From contig OZ024756.1 in the NCBI GenBank assembly GCA_964016885.1, forward strand, positions 12,152,001 through 12,216,000: a stretch of 64,000 nucleotides of DNA, written 5' to 3'. The position numbers and the translations under genes are program-made. How positions within the stretch are numbered: position 1 is the stretch's first letter; each line of letters opens with the position of its first letter. Positions 38,036 to 50,848 of the stretch are shown here, in pieces. The stretch comes from Eledone cirrhosa (taxonomy: Eukaryota). The notes below the pieces were generated by a model. That model was not told the DNA's origin and did not search any database. It was given only the letters and a program-made list of their open reading frames with translations.

Positions 38036-40059
38036 ACCACAATAAATTATAATCCATATATATCCTAAGCTTTGTAGTTAACCGATTGGCAGGCTAATTT
38101 CAATAAGGATTTTTAATTTAAGCACACGGTTAACCATTTGTTGGTAGGGGAAAAGTCAGTTAAATCAGTCTCACTACTTGGTACTTTATCGACCCTGGAA
38201 GGATGGGGAAATTGACTTTGATGGGATTTGAACTCAGAATTTAAAGAACTGGAACAAATACCAGAATAGCATTTTATCTGATACCTAACCAATTCTGTCA
38301 ATTTACCCCCATTCAAAAACGAACAGAGGGTTTATGGTTCAAACCCTACTCTCCTATTGTTACTGAATATTGAGACAATATTTCAAATATCTTTTTTTTT
38401 TTTCTTCTCCATCCCCGTTCTTGTTATGCCATACCTCTTTAAAACCCAGTCCAGAATAAAATTTGCCATTAAAACAAGAATAATTATTATTTGAAATTTA
38501 TTGGCTTTCATGTAGCATATTGGTGCTTGTGCTTAAAACATCTGCCAGTTTTGGTTTGTTGATAATTTGGTCCTGTCTGCTGGTAACATAGGAATCTTGG
38601 AACCTTCCCTCTATCGCTTGTTGTTCCATAATTAATCACATTTTCTCCAGAAATATTTTTAGTTTATTTCTAATGAAATGTTCCGTAATTAAATTACATT
38701 TTCAAAATCATCCTGAATCTCTGTAAATTCCAATTTACCGAAAATTCTCTCTTTGTTTAGAGACCAACTGACTACTGTGTAATTCCTCTCATAGGGGGTT
38801 ATTGAATACATATCTCACCAAATGCTATGTTATTGTTGTAATAATATAACTAAACTTGGCCTTTAAGCACTGCCGGGAATTTTGTGGATATTAATTTGAA
38901 GCGTTTCTATTATTTCTTGCCATAATTATTGATACTCCTTTTATCTAACTGCAAATGATATTTTACGTTATTAATATTGTAGTCTCATTAATCATTTCTG
39001 TATGATTGGGATATAATTTTGTTATTGGTTTTTCTCTCCCTTGCCCATTCCTCATCACCTCCTCCCCTACATCTGTTTTTCTCACCCCTACCCTCATATA
39101 TCTTTTTAATGCAATGACCTCGCTCTTGCTCTTTTACACTCTCTTACACATCCTCTCTTGTTCTCTCTCTGCCTTTGCTCCCTCCCCCCTCTCCCCCTCT
39201 ATCTAGCTGATAATTTATGGATGGTCAGAGGAAGCAGAAAACAATAAAAACCTACACCAGATGGTCATTTGGTCAGTTATTAAATATGAAATCTAATCAT
39301 CTTATGATGACATGGTGTGATACTAGACATTCTTGGTAGCCATGAGATGACCACCATTGTTTAAAATATGGCCAATAAATGTATGGAAAGGAGACATTCT
39401 TTTTATAAAAAGAAACTAATGCACTGCCCTCATCATCTCATATTTTTTTCAATTTCTGTTCCTGATGCCAACCATTTTAATCATCCCTTCTTGACACAAA
39501 AATAGTACTGATTCTGAAACTGGGATTCACACAATCCCACAACAAAATACACCCAGTCCATCCTGTAAGGTCGTAGTGCTGGTATCATAATAAAAAAAAA
39601 CAGCCACGGTAAAAGCAGAACTGTCAGTCCATCTAGCAAGGTTGGTGTCATAATAAAATGCTCAGTGTACACTGTAAAGTGGTTGACATTAGGAAGGGCA
39701 TACAACCATAGAAAACCAAGCCCAAAACAGCAAGACGTGGCCACATAACCGGTCTAGCTTTAGGACATGACAACCTGTCTAACCCATTAATAGATATTTG
39801 TTTCTACTTTTGGCACAAGGCCAGCAATTATTCCAGTGTATTACTGGTACTTTCTTTTATCGACCCCGTAAGGGTGAAAAGCAAAGTTAACCTCGGCGAG
39901 ATTTGAACTCGGATCATAAAGGGCCGTAACTCTTTGCTGTAAAGCATGGCGTCAGAACCTCTACCGATACTGCCAATCCACCACCATACCATTAATAGAT
40001 ATTAAATGGTGATAATGATGGTAGTTGACCATCAACTTGTCATAGAGTGTGACTGCCTT

Positions 40060-41066
40060 TTGTGCACCCTTATCACTTTAAAGATGCAGTGGTTGCACCA
40101 TGGTGTTTGCCTTCAGCCCCACACGATGACAGGACACACTTGCCAGATATTGACAGCGCTTTAAAAAACGATGCAGAGGCAGTGCTGACCAAAGATTTAC
40201 AACAAACTTCCTACCTGTTGGTTTGCCTGTTATCCCATTACATCTCTTGTGTACCCAAGATCTGCATTGTGTGCATTTTATAGAATTTATGCCAGTTCCT
40301 TTTCTGCATATCGAACATGGCCATTTCGCTGATGAAATCTGAGTTTTGTCCTCTTTTCTACTCATCAACACTTTAGTCTTAGCTATGTTCACTCTCAGTC
40401 CTCTTCATTCCAACTTTTGTTTCCATAGCCAGAATTTATTCTCTAGCTCTTCTACTGATTCTGCTATAAGAACCAGATCGTCAGCATAGAGAAGTTCCCA
40501 TGGGCAGCCAGTCTTAAACTCCTCTGTTAAGGCTTGGAGGTCTATAATGAACAAGAGTTGGCTGAGGACTGAACCTTGATGTACTCCTACTTATATCTGT
40601 AATTCCTCGCTAAACTCCATTCCTACCCTCACTTTACTGACAGCACCTCTATACAAAGCTTGCACTGTCCTCACAAACCATTCCTCTACACCTAGTTTCC
40701 TTAAGGACCACCAGATGACAGATCGGGGTACTCTATCAAAGGCCTTCTCTAGGTCATCAAAAGCTAAGTATAATGGCTTATTCTTCCCTAAGAACCTCTC
40801 TTGTAGTTCTCTCACTAAGTAGAGGGCATCTGTTGTACTTTTCCCAGGCATCTCATCTAATTTGACCCTTTCTCTAATTAGTTGAGCTGGCATTCTTTCT
40901 GCCACTTTCATAACCTGATCCATTAATTTTATGCCCCTATAATTACTCCTCTCCAGAGCATCCCCTTTACCTTTGTAGCAATTTATGAGAATACTGCTGC
41001 ACCAGTCTTTGGGTAAGACTCCGCCATATATAGCTTGATTGACGATGCGTGCAACCAGTTTTTTAC
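40060..41066 (-). pseudogene. RTE LINE reverse transcriptase fragment (disrupted)
   Basis: NYRGIKLMDQVMKV...STTDALYLVRELQERF...DLEKAFDRVPR...GVHQGSVLS..LF...ELLYADDLVL...NIAKTKVL, then a Cys-rich C..C...C..C..WVH..C segment. Confidence 0.9.
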
Positions 41067-41219
41067 CTATTTATATATATATATAGTATATATATGTATA
41101 TATATATATATATATCATCATCATTTAACGTCCATCTTCCACGCTAGCATGGGTTAGACGGTTTTGTTCCATTTGATGCGGGAATGGTTGTGACACCATG
41201 TCTCACTCGCACGGAAGCG

Positions 41220-41412
41220 TCTCTCTCAATTCGTTTATGCTTTGCCGTTCACGTATATTAGTATTACACATCCATCGGAGCATGCAAGCTTCGTTTCTTT
41301 CTAATCTATGCAAGTCTTCTACACACAAAGCCCAGGTCTCACTACCATGTCACATTGCTGTTCGTATGCACGCATCATACAGTCTGCCTTTCATTTTGAG
41401 GGAAAAGCCTTT
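41220..41412 (-). mobile_element. RTE LINE fragment
   Basis: Reverse complement of VTRVRTGWKKF...GSETW. Confidence 0.85.
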
Positions 41413-41507
41413 TGTAGCCAGCAGTGGCAGTAGCTCACTGAACTTCTTCCATCCCGTCCTTACCCTGGTTACATATATATATATATATAGTATATATGTA
41501 TGTAGTA

Positions 41508-41842
41508 TCATCATCATCATCTCATTTTACGTCCACTTTTCCCTGCTTGCAAGGGTGGGACGGGAACTGATTCTGGCTTGGTTTCTACAGCTGGATGCCC
41601 TTCCTAACACCAACCTCCTTTACAGTGAGTGGTGGGTGCTTTTTTGTCGTGGCACCTCCACGACCACTTTACAGTGGAATGATAGGGACCCCAGTCATCT
41701 CATTTCTACAGCTGAGTAAACTGGAGCAATGTGAAATAAAATGTCTTGCTCAAGGAAACAACACATTACCCGGTCCGAGAATTGAACTCACAACCTTTCG
41801 ATTGCAAGGCCACTGCTCTAACCACTAAGCCATGTGCCTCCA

Positions 41843-41843
<1 letters not shown>
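41508..41843 (-). mobile_element. SINE family A
   Basis: Full-length reverse-complement copy. Confidence 0.93.
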
Positions 41844-41905
<62 letters not shown>

Positions 41906-42183
41906 TATATATATATATATATAGTATATAGTATATATATATATATATATATATAGTATATAGTATATATATATATAGTATATATATATAGTATATATAT
42001 ATATATATAGTATATATATATATATATAGTATATATATATATATATAGTATATATATTATATGTATATATATAGTATATATATATATATATAGTATATAT
42101 ATATAGTATATATATATAGTATATATATAGTATATAGTATATATATATATAGTATATATATATAGTATATATATATATATATA

Positions 42184-42223
<40 letters not shown>

Positions 42224-42498
42224 TATCATCATCCTCATCATCATCGTTTAACGTCCATCTGCCACGCTAGCATGGCTTAGATGGTTATGTTCCATTTGAT
42301 GCGGGAATGGTCGGGAGACCGTGTCTCACTCTCACAGAAGTGTCTCTGGCAGTTTTTTTTACAGCTGGATGCCCTTCCTAACACCAACCACATTTACAGT
42401 GTGGACTGGAGCCTTTTTACTGTCTCTCCTACACGGCCACCTTACAGTGTGGACTGTTGTGTCATCGACAAAGTGGATGGAATGGTATATATATATAT

Positions 42499-42650
42499 AC
42501 CGTATTTTCCGTCCTCGAGGATGCACCCTAATTTTGACAACCAAAAATTTGAAAAACAAAAATAACAACCTTCGGCCTCCAGGACGCATGGTAGATTTTT
42601 TGAGACTTATTTCAGGGAAAAAATAGCGTCTTCAACACTGGGAAATTTAG
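42499..42650. mobile_element. Tigger/pogo-type MITE remnant
   Basis: Starts TA-CCGTATTTTCCG and ends with degenerate CTGGGAAATTTAG. Confidence 0.5.
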
Positions 42651-42682
42651 TGTGTGTGTGTATATTTATATATATATGTTTA

Positions 42683-43222
42683 TAGAAGTTTAGGGAGCTG
42701 CTTCCTTCGTTGACAAAGAAGGGTTTCTCCCTGCATACAAAAGGACGATTATATGATGCCTGTGTGAGATGCGCAATGCTGCATTGTAGTGAGACATGGG
42801 CAGCAACTGTGGAGGATATGCGACGGCTGGAGGGAAATGAAGCAAGTATGCTCCGTTGGATGTGCAATGTCAATGTGCGTGAACGACCAAGCATAGATGA
42901 GTTGAGAAAGAAACTGGGTATAAGAGGGATAAGTTGTGGTGTGCAGGAGAGAAGGCTGAGATGGTATGGACATGTGATGCGCATGGAGGATGACCGCTGG
43001 GTAAAGAAGTGCCAAGAAATCCCAGTAGACGGAAGACGCAGTAGAGGAAGACCACAAAAATAATGGGCGGAGGTGCTGAGAGCAGACTTCAGATCGCTGA
43101 AGCTCACGGAGGAGATGACGAAGGACCGTGACAAATGGAGAGAATCTGTGCTGAATATGACTCGTTCAACCCTTGCAAGCTGGGAAAAGCGGACGTAAAA
43201 TGATGATGATGATGATGATGAT
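42683..43222 (+). mobile_element. RTE LINE 3' end with short tail
   Basis: KFRELLP..KGRLYDACVR..SETW..RLRWYGHVMRM..GRP, ending CCCTTGCAAGCTGGGAAAAGCGGACGTAAAA(TGA)n. Confidence 0.92.
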
Positions 43223-43231
43223 CTATATATA

Positions 43232-43390
43232 ACAGAGTTTTCTAGCTTGCTCTACAACATTACCACCACAATCTTAGCTACAGAACGCAGTATAGGCACG
43301 CTGAGAATTAAGGAAGCCCTCTTAATCAAGCAATTAAAACCTAGGATCAATAATCAAATGGAAAGAAGTGCACCAGAATGGCTAATTTAA
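43232..43390 (+). pseudogene. Penelope-like GIY-YIG endonuclease C-terminal fragment
   Basis: TEFSSLLYNITTTILATERSIGTLRIKEALLIKQLKPRINNQMERSAPEWLI* matches the IL......L.I.E.L.I...KP..N motif. Confidence 0.7.
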
Positions 43391-43670
43391 CGCTTTACCA
43401 TTCACATTACTCTATATATACTATTATATTTCATGGTAAAGGTTTTACCTCACATAAATATCTCACATCACATTTACATTACTCTATATATACTATTATA
43501 TTTCATGGTAAATGCTTTACCTCACATAATATCTCACATAATATCGAATCTGTGAGATTTTGAAAGTATTTATTTTGAGAACAATACCTTAACATCAGTT
43601 TGAACGACCAGTTACAGCCAGTTTCAACAGAAAAATGTAGAGAATTCTGGCTGGTTTAAACATTAAAGGG
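43391..43670. mobile_element. piggyBac-type MITE inserted at the TTAA overlapping the PLE stop codon
   Basis: TTAA-CGCTTT...AAAGGG-TTAA. Confidence 0.85.
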
Positions 43671-43884
43671 TTAAAAGCCTGTATTCCAACATCCTAACGG
43701 CCAGTTTCATTCTTTCTTACAAAGATCAAATCTATGTCGTCACTAGACAAACATACTTGGACTCACACACACACACCCACATACATATATTGCACACATT
43801 TTCCCCTGTTTTATTATACACATGTTCACGCACATCTTTCACTACATATACTTATATTTATGAACACACATACACACATGAGTT

Positions 43885-43918
<34 letters not shown>

Positions 43919-44085
43919 CGAAGGAATTGTGGTAAGGAACGAAGATGGACCAGAGTACTCAATACTTAGGGTAGTAGAGTGGGACGAAACGGCTTGAGCT
44001 CTGTCGTCGGGGTCATACTTTTTCCTATATATGTATATATATCATCATCATCATTTTACGTCTGCTTATATATATATATTATATG

Positions 44086-44151
<66 letters not shown>

Positions 44152-44180
44152 CATGATCATTTTACGTCCGCTTTTCCCTG

Positions 44181-44220
<40 letters not shown>

Positions 44221-44279
44221 TAAATATATATAATGTATATATATATAATGTATATATATGTATATATATATAATGTATA

Positions 44280-44317
<38 letters not shown>

Positions 44318-44455
44318 TATATATGTATGTATATATATGTGTGTATGTGTATATATATATATGTGTGTGTGTGTGTATATATATGCCTGTGTGTGTGTAT
44401 ATATATATATGTTTATATATATGTATATATATGTTTATATATATGTATATATATA

Positions 44456-44752
44456 ATGGAGGCACGTGGCTTAGTGGTTAGAGCATTGGGCTTGCAATCG
44501 AAAGGTTGTGAGTTCAATTCTCAGACCGGGTGACATGTTGTTTCCTTGAGCAAGACACTTTATTTCACATTGATCCAGTTTACTCAGCTGTAGAAATGAG
44601 ATGATAGGGACTGGGGTCCCTATCATTCCACTGCAAAGTGGTCGTGGAGGTGCCACGGCAAAAAAGCACCCAGCACTCACTGTAAATGAGGTTGGTGTTA
44701 GGAAGGGCATCCAGCTGTAGAAATCAAGCCAGAATCAGTTCCCGTCCCACCC
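44456..44752 (+). mobile_element. SINE family A (3'-truncated)
   Basis: Head and body intact, tail missing. Confidence 0.9.
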
Positions 44753-45740
44753 TCATCGTAATGGCGTTGAGAAACAAACTATACTCTCAATGACACTTAA
44801 AACATTTTAAATATCAAAATATTTAAACTTTATGAGAATTTCAAGGCCATTCCATCTAGACATGTGTTGATTATCTACTTCTACTTATAAACGGGGGTTG
44901 GATTTTGTCCTATTTCTCAGACATTAAAATAAGAGGTCAGCTTGTATTTGAATCTAAATGGTATTTATCTGGGTGTCAGCTTATGTGGGTGTGTAAATTA
45001 TTTAATCATTAATATTTCTACAACAACTACCAAATATGATTGCATATAATCTATTGATTTCTAATTTAAGATCAAATTTGATTACATCAACCCCAGTATT
45101 TAACTGGTACTTTGTTTTATTGATTCTGGAAGGATGAAAGGCAAACACTGTGATGCCATTCTATCCAACACCATTCGGACATGCTTTCTAGCATAGAGTT
45201 ACGTCCCTTTATGGTCTGATTTCAAATCGCGCCGAGGTTAACTTTGCCTTTCATCCTTACGGGGTCGATAAAATAAAGTACCAGTAATGTACTGGGTAAT
45301 TGGCCTTGTGCCAAAAGTAGAAACAATCATTATTAGAGAAATATTGTAATGTACAGAGAACTGAAATCATCAAATAAACCCACACTTGTACACAGATGCA
45401 TACACACATCTAATGGATATACAAACACATCTCTGATGGCATATTACTGACTGTTTAAGTTTAAATATTGGTAGTAAATAGTACTATGGATTATATGTGT
45501 TTGTAGCTAAATATTAGTAGTATGTTGATGTAATGAAACCTGTATAATTTTTCTGTATGAAGCTTTCTCTACAGTCCTGTGCTTCTATTCTATTCTGTGT
45601 ATTGTGTGTGTATACCTAGAACATATTACATTAAGGCACTTTATATTCTACCTCTTAGTAACTGCTTCTAGATTAGCAATCAGGGTTTGTTTTGTTAAAA
45701 GCCTTATGTTGGTAAACAGTTTCTTCTAGTATATATATAT

Positions 45741-46077
45741 TGGAGGCACATGGCTTAGTGGTTAGAGCATTGGCCTTGCAATCGAAAGGTTGTGAGTTCA
45801 ATTCTCAGACCAGGTGATGTGTTGTTTCCTTGAGCAAGACACTTTATTTCACATTGCTCCAGTTTACTCAGCTGTAGAAATGAGATGATAGGGACTGGGG
45901 TTCATATCATTCCACTGCAAAGTGGTTGTGGAGGTGCCACGGCAAAAAAGCACCCAGCACTCACTGTAAATGAGGTTGGTGTTAGGAAGGGCATCCAGCT
46001 GTAGAAATCAAGCCAGAATCAGTTCCTGTCCCACCCTTGCAAGCAGGGAAAAGCGGACGTAAATTGATGATGATGAT
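45741..46077 (+). mobile_element. SINE family A
   Basis: Full-length copy. Confidence 0.93.
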
Positions 46078-46268
46078 TATATATATATATATATATATAT
46101 ATAAGCAGAAGGAATATTCAATTTGTTGGTAATTCAACAAATATAAATGTTTATAACTGATTCAGAGCACTCTACAAGTTTTCCGGGGTATAATATACAA
46201 TGATATTAAATAAATGGAAACTATAATATGGTTTTATAAATATAATTTCCATTTATTTAATATCATTG

Positions 46269-46300
<32 letters not shown>

Positions 46301-46629
46301 AATGTAAATGCACTTATATGTAAACATACATATTTATGTGTGTGTGTCTTTATATGCATAAACACTGATATTGATAGATGTGAGAAGGAATGCTCAATAC
46401 CAAAGTAGCAATTAAATATATTTTATTATGGCTAAGTGATGAGTCTTATTAATCTGGAGTTTCACCTGTGTACTCGCAGAATTTACCTTCATATGTCGAA
46501 ATCGACCGGAGCGTCCATCATATTATATATATGTTTGTATTTGTTTATAATCTTTTCATGTTACAGGGAAATTTATATTTTCTGGAATGTTTAAATGCCT
46601 ACATATTAAATATGTGTATATATTTGATA

Positions 46630-47115
46630 AATTCCGACCTTACACACTTACACCGCTCTAAGACAATGTCACTGGACCGAGATCTTTGGCGCTATGCAGT
46701 AATACAGAAAACCCACCTTGCTTATGTACAAAGCGAAACCTACAGTCAGTAGGCACCTCCTCATCAAATATACACTCCCACCCCCATCAACACCACCCCT
46801 TTCTCTGTAAAGTTATGTTGATACCACAACATCCAGTCCTAAATAAATGAGGTCGTGTAGGTGTCACAACAAAAAAAAAAATACTCACAGTCCACGCTGT
46901 AATGTGACCGTGTAGGTAAACACGGTAAAAACCTCCCAGGCCACACTGTAAACGTGGTTGGTGTTAGGAAGGGCATCCAACCGTAGAAAACCTGTGAGAC
47001 AGTCCTATACAAGAGAGACACGGTCTCCCAAGCAATCTTGCCTCAAGTGGGACAATTCCCATCTAAACCCATGCTAGCGTGGAAGATAGACATTAAACGA
47101 TGATGATGATGATGA
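46630..47115 (+). mobile_element. RTE 3' end with long modular 3' UTR
   Basis: SDLTHLHRSKTMSLDRDLWRYAV, then CTGTAA modules, GGAAGGGCATCC and a (GAT)n tail. Confidence 0.85.
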
Positions 47116-47743
47116 TTTACATATGTTGGTGCTGTCTTGGTTACACACTATTATTTATACAGATACAACTTTATCAATATACTTCGGCACTTAAAGCATT
47201 TATTACAATACATATAAATAGTATATATTCTTTTCAGTTTCCTTCTGTTACACCCTTATCAGCAAGGTTCTCAGCAAAATGGCAAACGGCATTACCTATT
47301 GTAGCTCAAAACTGGTGTTAGCTCAGGCCAACTGAACTGGAGAAGGCCTCTCTGTCCCCCAGTATACAAATGTCCTATGTAACTGGGACGACATCAAATG
47401 CTGGTCTACTAGTTCTGCTTACACCAACACCACCTCACCTGCCTCCGTTTCGCAGCCAAATGGAATGTAGCTCAATTCAGTGTCGTCCTCATCAACTTGT
47501 ACCCTTCTTGATGATGAGTGCACTTACATTGCAGTGACCCAACACCTTCGCCTCTGTATATGTGGGACACATAAATGCCGTTGTGGTGCTGTCGTCAACG
47601 AGTTTGGCCTGCACCCACTATCATGCTGCCAAAGTACAAGCCAGTTCCCCAACATGCTTCTCTGAATGACATAATCAGGCGCCTAGGGGAAAGTGGACGT
47701 AAAATGAAATGAAATGAAATGAAATGATATGTATATATATGTG

Positions 47744-47797
<54 letters not shown>

Positions 47798-47988
47798 TGT
47801 ATATATTCATTAGCTAAGCTAAACAAGACCACAAAATTCACAAGGAAGACGCTTTTGGCTTCTAACAAATTCACCAATCTCTCTTCTCCTCTCCTATCTC
47901 CATCTCTCTCTTCTCCTCTCCTATCTCCATCTCTCTCTTGGTTTACTCTTGAACTGTGTATATATGTATATGTATATATATATGTATG

Positions 47989-48021
<33 letters not shown>

Positions 48022-48346
48022 GTATATATCAATATGTATATCATCATCATCATCATCGTTTAACGTCCATCTTCCACGCTTGCATGGGTTTGGACGGGAG
48101 TTCTCCCACCTGAGGCAAGATTGGTTGTCTTGCTCAGGACTGTCTGGCAGGTTTTCTACGGCTGGATGCCCTCAACCACGTTTACAGTGTGGGGCTGGGA
48201 GGTTTTTACCGTGTTACCTACACAGCCACATTACAGCGTGGACTGTGTGTTTTTTTGTCGTGACACCTACACGATCTCATTTGTTTCGGCCTGGATGTTG
48301 TGGTATATATATGTATATATATATATGTATATATATATATGTATAC

Positions 48347-48386
<40 letters not shown>

Positions 48387-48400
48387 GTATATATATATAT

Positions 48401-49280
48401 GCTACCTAGGTGACCGAATTAGCAACGGAGGTGGGTGCTCAGAAAGTACAATAACTAGGGTAAGAACGGGATGGAAGAAGTTTAGGGAACTACTACCACT
48501 GCTAGCTGCAAAAGGCTTCTCCCTCAGAATGAAAGGCAGACTGTATGATGCGTGTATCCGAACAGCGATGTTGCATGGTAGTGAGACCTGGGCGCTGAAG
48601 GTGGAAGACTTACGTAGATTAGAGAGAAACGAAGCCTGCATGCTCCGATGGATGTGTAACAGTAATATACGTGAACGACAAAGCATAAATGAATTGAGAG
48701 AGAGACTGAGCATAAGAGGAATCAAATGCTGCGTGCAGGAGAGGCGGTTACGCTGGTATGGACATGTGATGCGTATGAAGGATGACAGCTGCATAAAAAG
48801 GTGCAGAGCACTAGAAGTTGATGGAAACCGCGGAGTGGGGAGACCCAAGATGACTTGGGATGAGGTGATAAAAGCCGACCTTACCCAACTACACCTCTCA
48901 AAGTCAATGACACACGACCGTGACTTCTGGCGTCACGCAGTAATACAGGGTACCCGACCTCCCATGGGTACATGCTGAAGCATATAAACAATATGCCCCC
49001 CCCCCCACCGCAAGGTGGTCGTGGAGGTGCCACGGCAAAAAAGCACCCAGCCCACACTGTAAAGTGGACGTGTAGGCGCCACGAAAAAGCACCCAGCACT
49101 CACTGTAAATGAGGTTGGTGTTAGGAAGGGCATCCAGCTGTAGAAATCAAGCCAGATCAGTTCCTGTATGAGCAAGGCATGGTCAGCCGACCAGACACTG
49201 CCCACAACAGGACAACCCGTCTAACCCATGCTAGCGTGGAAGAACGGACGTAAAACGGTGATGATGATGATGATGATGAT
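48401..49280 (+). mobile_element. RTE-derived element: ORF C-terminus fused to SINE-A-like body and tail
   Basis: Uninterrupted frame YLGDRISNGGGCSES...RLRWYGHVMRM...GRPKMTW...DRDFWR, followed by SINE A modules. Confidence 0.92.
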
Positions 49281-50247
49281 GTGTATATATATATATATAA
49301 GTATGTACTAAGAGTGAGAAATGAAATTTCGTTTCATTTTTTCCGTTTATATATATATATATATATTTATATATCATCATCATCATCATCTTCATTTAAC
49401 GTCCATTTTCCACGCTAGCATGGGTTAGACGGGAGTTGTCCCACTTGAAGCAAGGTTGGTCGGGTGACCGTGTCTCGCTCATATAGGACTATCTGGCAAG
49501 TTTTCTATGGCTGGATGCCCTTCCTAACACCAACCACATTTACAGTGTGGAACTGGGAACTTTTTACCGTGTTACCTATACGGCCACATTACAGCGTGGA
49601 CTGTGTGTTTTTTTTAATTGTCGTGACACACGACCTCGATCTCATTTTCTCGTGCTGCTGGTGGGAGTGGGAGGATAGGGTAGGGGTAGTGGATTGGGGT
49701 GTATATTTGGTTAAGAGGTGCCTACTGACTGTAGGTTTCGCTTTGTACATAGGCAAGGCGGGTCTTCTGTATTACTGTGTAGCGCCATATATATATATAT
49801 GTGTGTGTGAGAAAGAGAAAGAAAGTGTCACTGTTGTTGTTTAATGTCTATACACTTTAATCTGGTGCAATGTTACATCTACTGTTTATATGTGTTACCT
49901 CTGTTCACTGTGTGTTTCATTACGACATGGTCACCTTGTTTCTGTATTCAACATTTGGGTCACATCTCATCAGTATGTGTATTTATATAGTTGATTTGTT
50001 TCACTGAGAGTTTTCAAATGATTTGAGCTGATTAGGGCTTTATAATTTCAAGCGTAGACCCACCCACACTAACTTACTAATTTCTTTTAACATGTTCAAA
50101 TCTTTTTTAATAAAAAAAATATTATAAGCATTTAAAAAAATAATTTATTATATAATTAATTTTTTTTATATTCTACCTTAATCTGTTTGGTAAATCTTTC
50201 TGGTTTTTTTACTCTGCTTACTATTGTGGTGTGTGTGTGTGTTGCAG

Positions 50248-50406
50248 GAGTCGATGATCAACATATATTCTGACTGTGGGGAAGCAAAAGGCAAGGGCAT
50301 GTTCCAAAGAGTCAAAAGTATCGTAAATCAAGGAATAGATACCAATCGGATGTTTATGTTCGATAATGCATCTGAACTTCTCGTTAGCCAAATGCGCATT
50401 TTACAG
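50248..50406 (+). CDS. NUGGC: Internal coding exon C of the SLIP-GC/NUGGC-like gene
   Basis: Acceptor (TG)nTTGCAG, donor CAG/GTGGGT, 159 nt, phase 0-0: ESMINIYSDCGEAKGKGMFQRVKSIVNQGIDTNRMFMFDNASELLVSQMRILQ. Fits the recalled M...Y..C....G.G.F.R.K............MF pattern of SLIP-GC proteins. Confidence 0.75.
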
Positions 50407-50848
50407 GTGGGTCAACTTACATTTCATTAACTGTTTCTCTTCTCTCGTTCCGCCAAAATGTCATTGCCAGTTTGTCTTCCGTCTCATGTCTTGTTGATGG
50501 TGTGCCTGATTTACACACACACACACGCACACACGCATGTATGCATGTTTTCACCTCAAACACCCACATGCGCACCACACATCCACCCACATATATAAAC
50601 ACAGACAAATCATAGCAAGATTTATATATATATATGTGTATGTGTGCATATGTGTATGTGTGTATATATATATATATAGATATGTGTATATAGATATATG
50701 TATGTAGATATATGTATGTAGATATATATATATATAGATATATATATATGTATATAGATATATGTATGTAGATATATATATATATAGATATATGTATATA
50801 GATGTATCTATATAGATATATATGTATATAGATATATGTATATAGATA

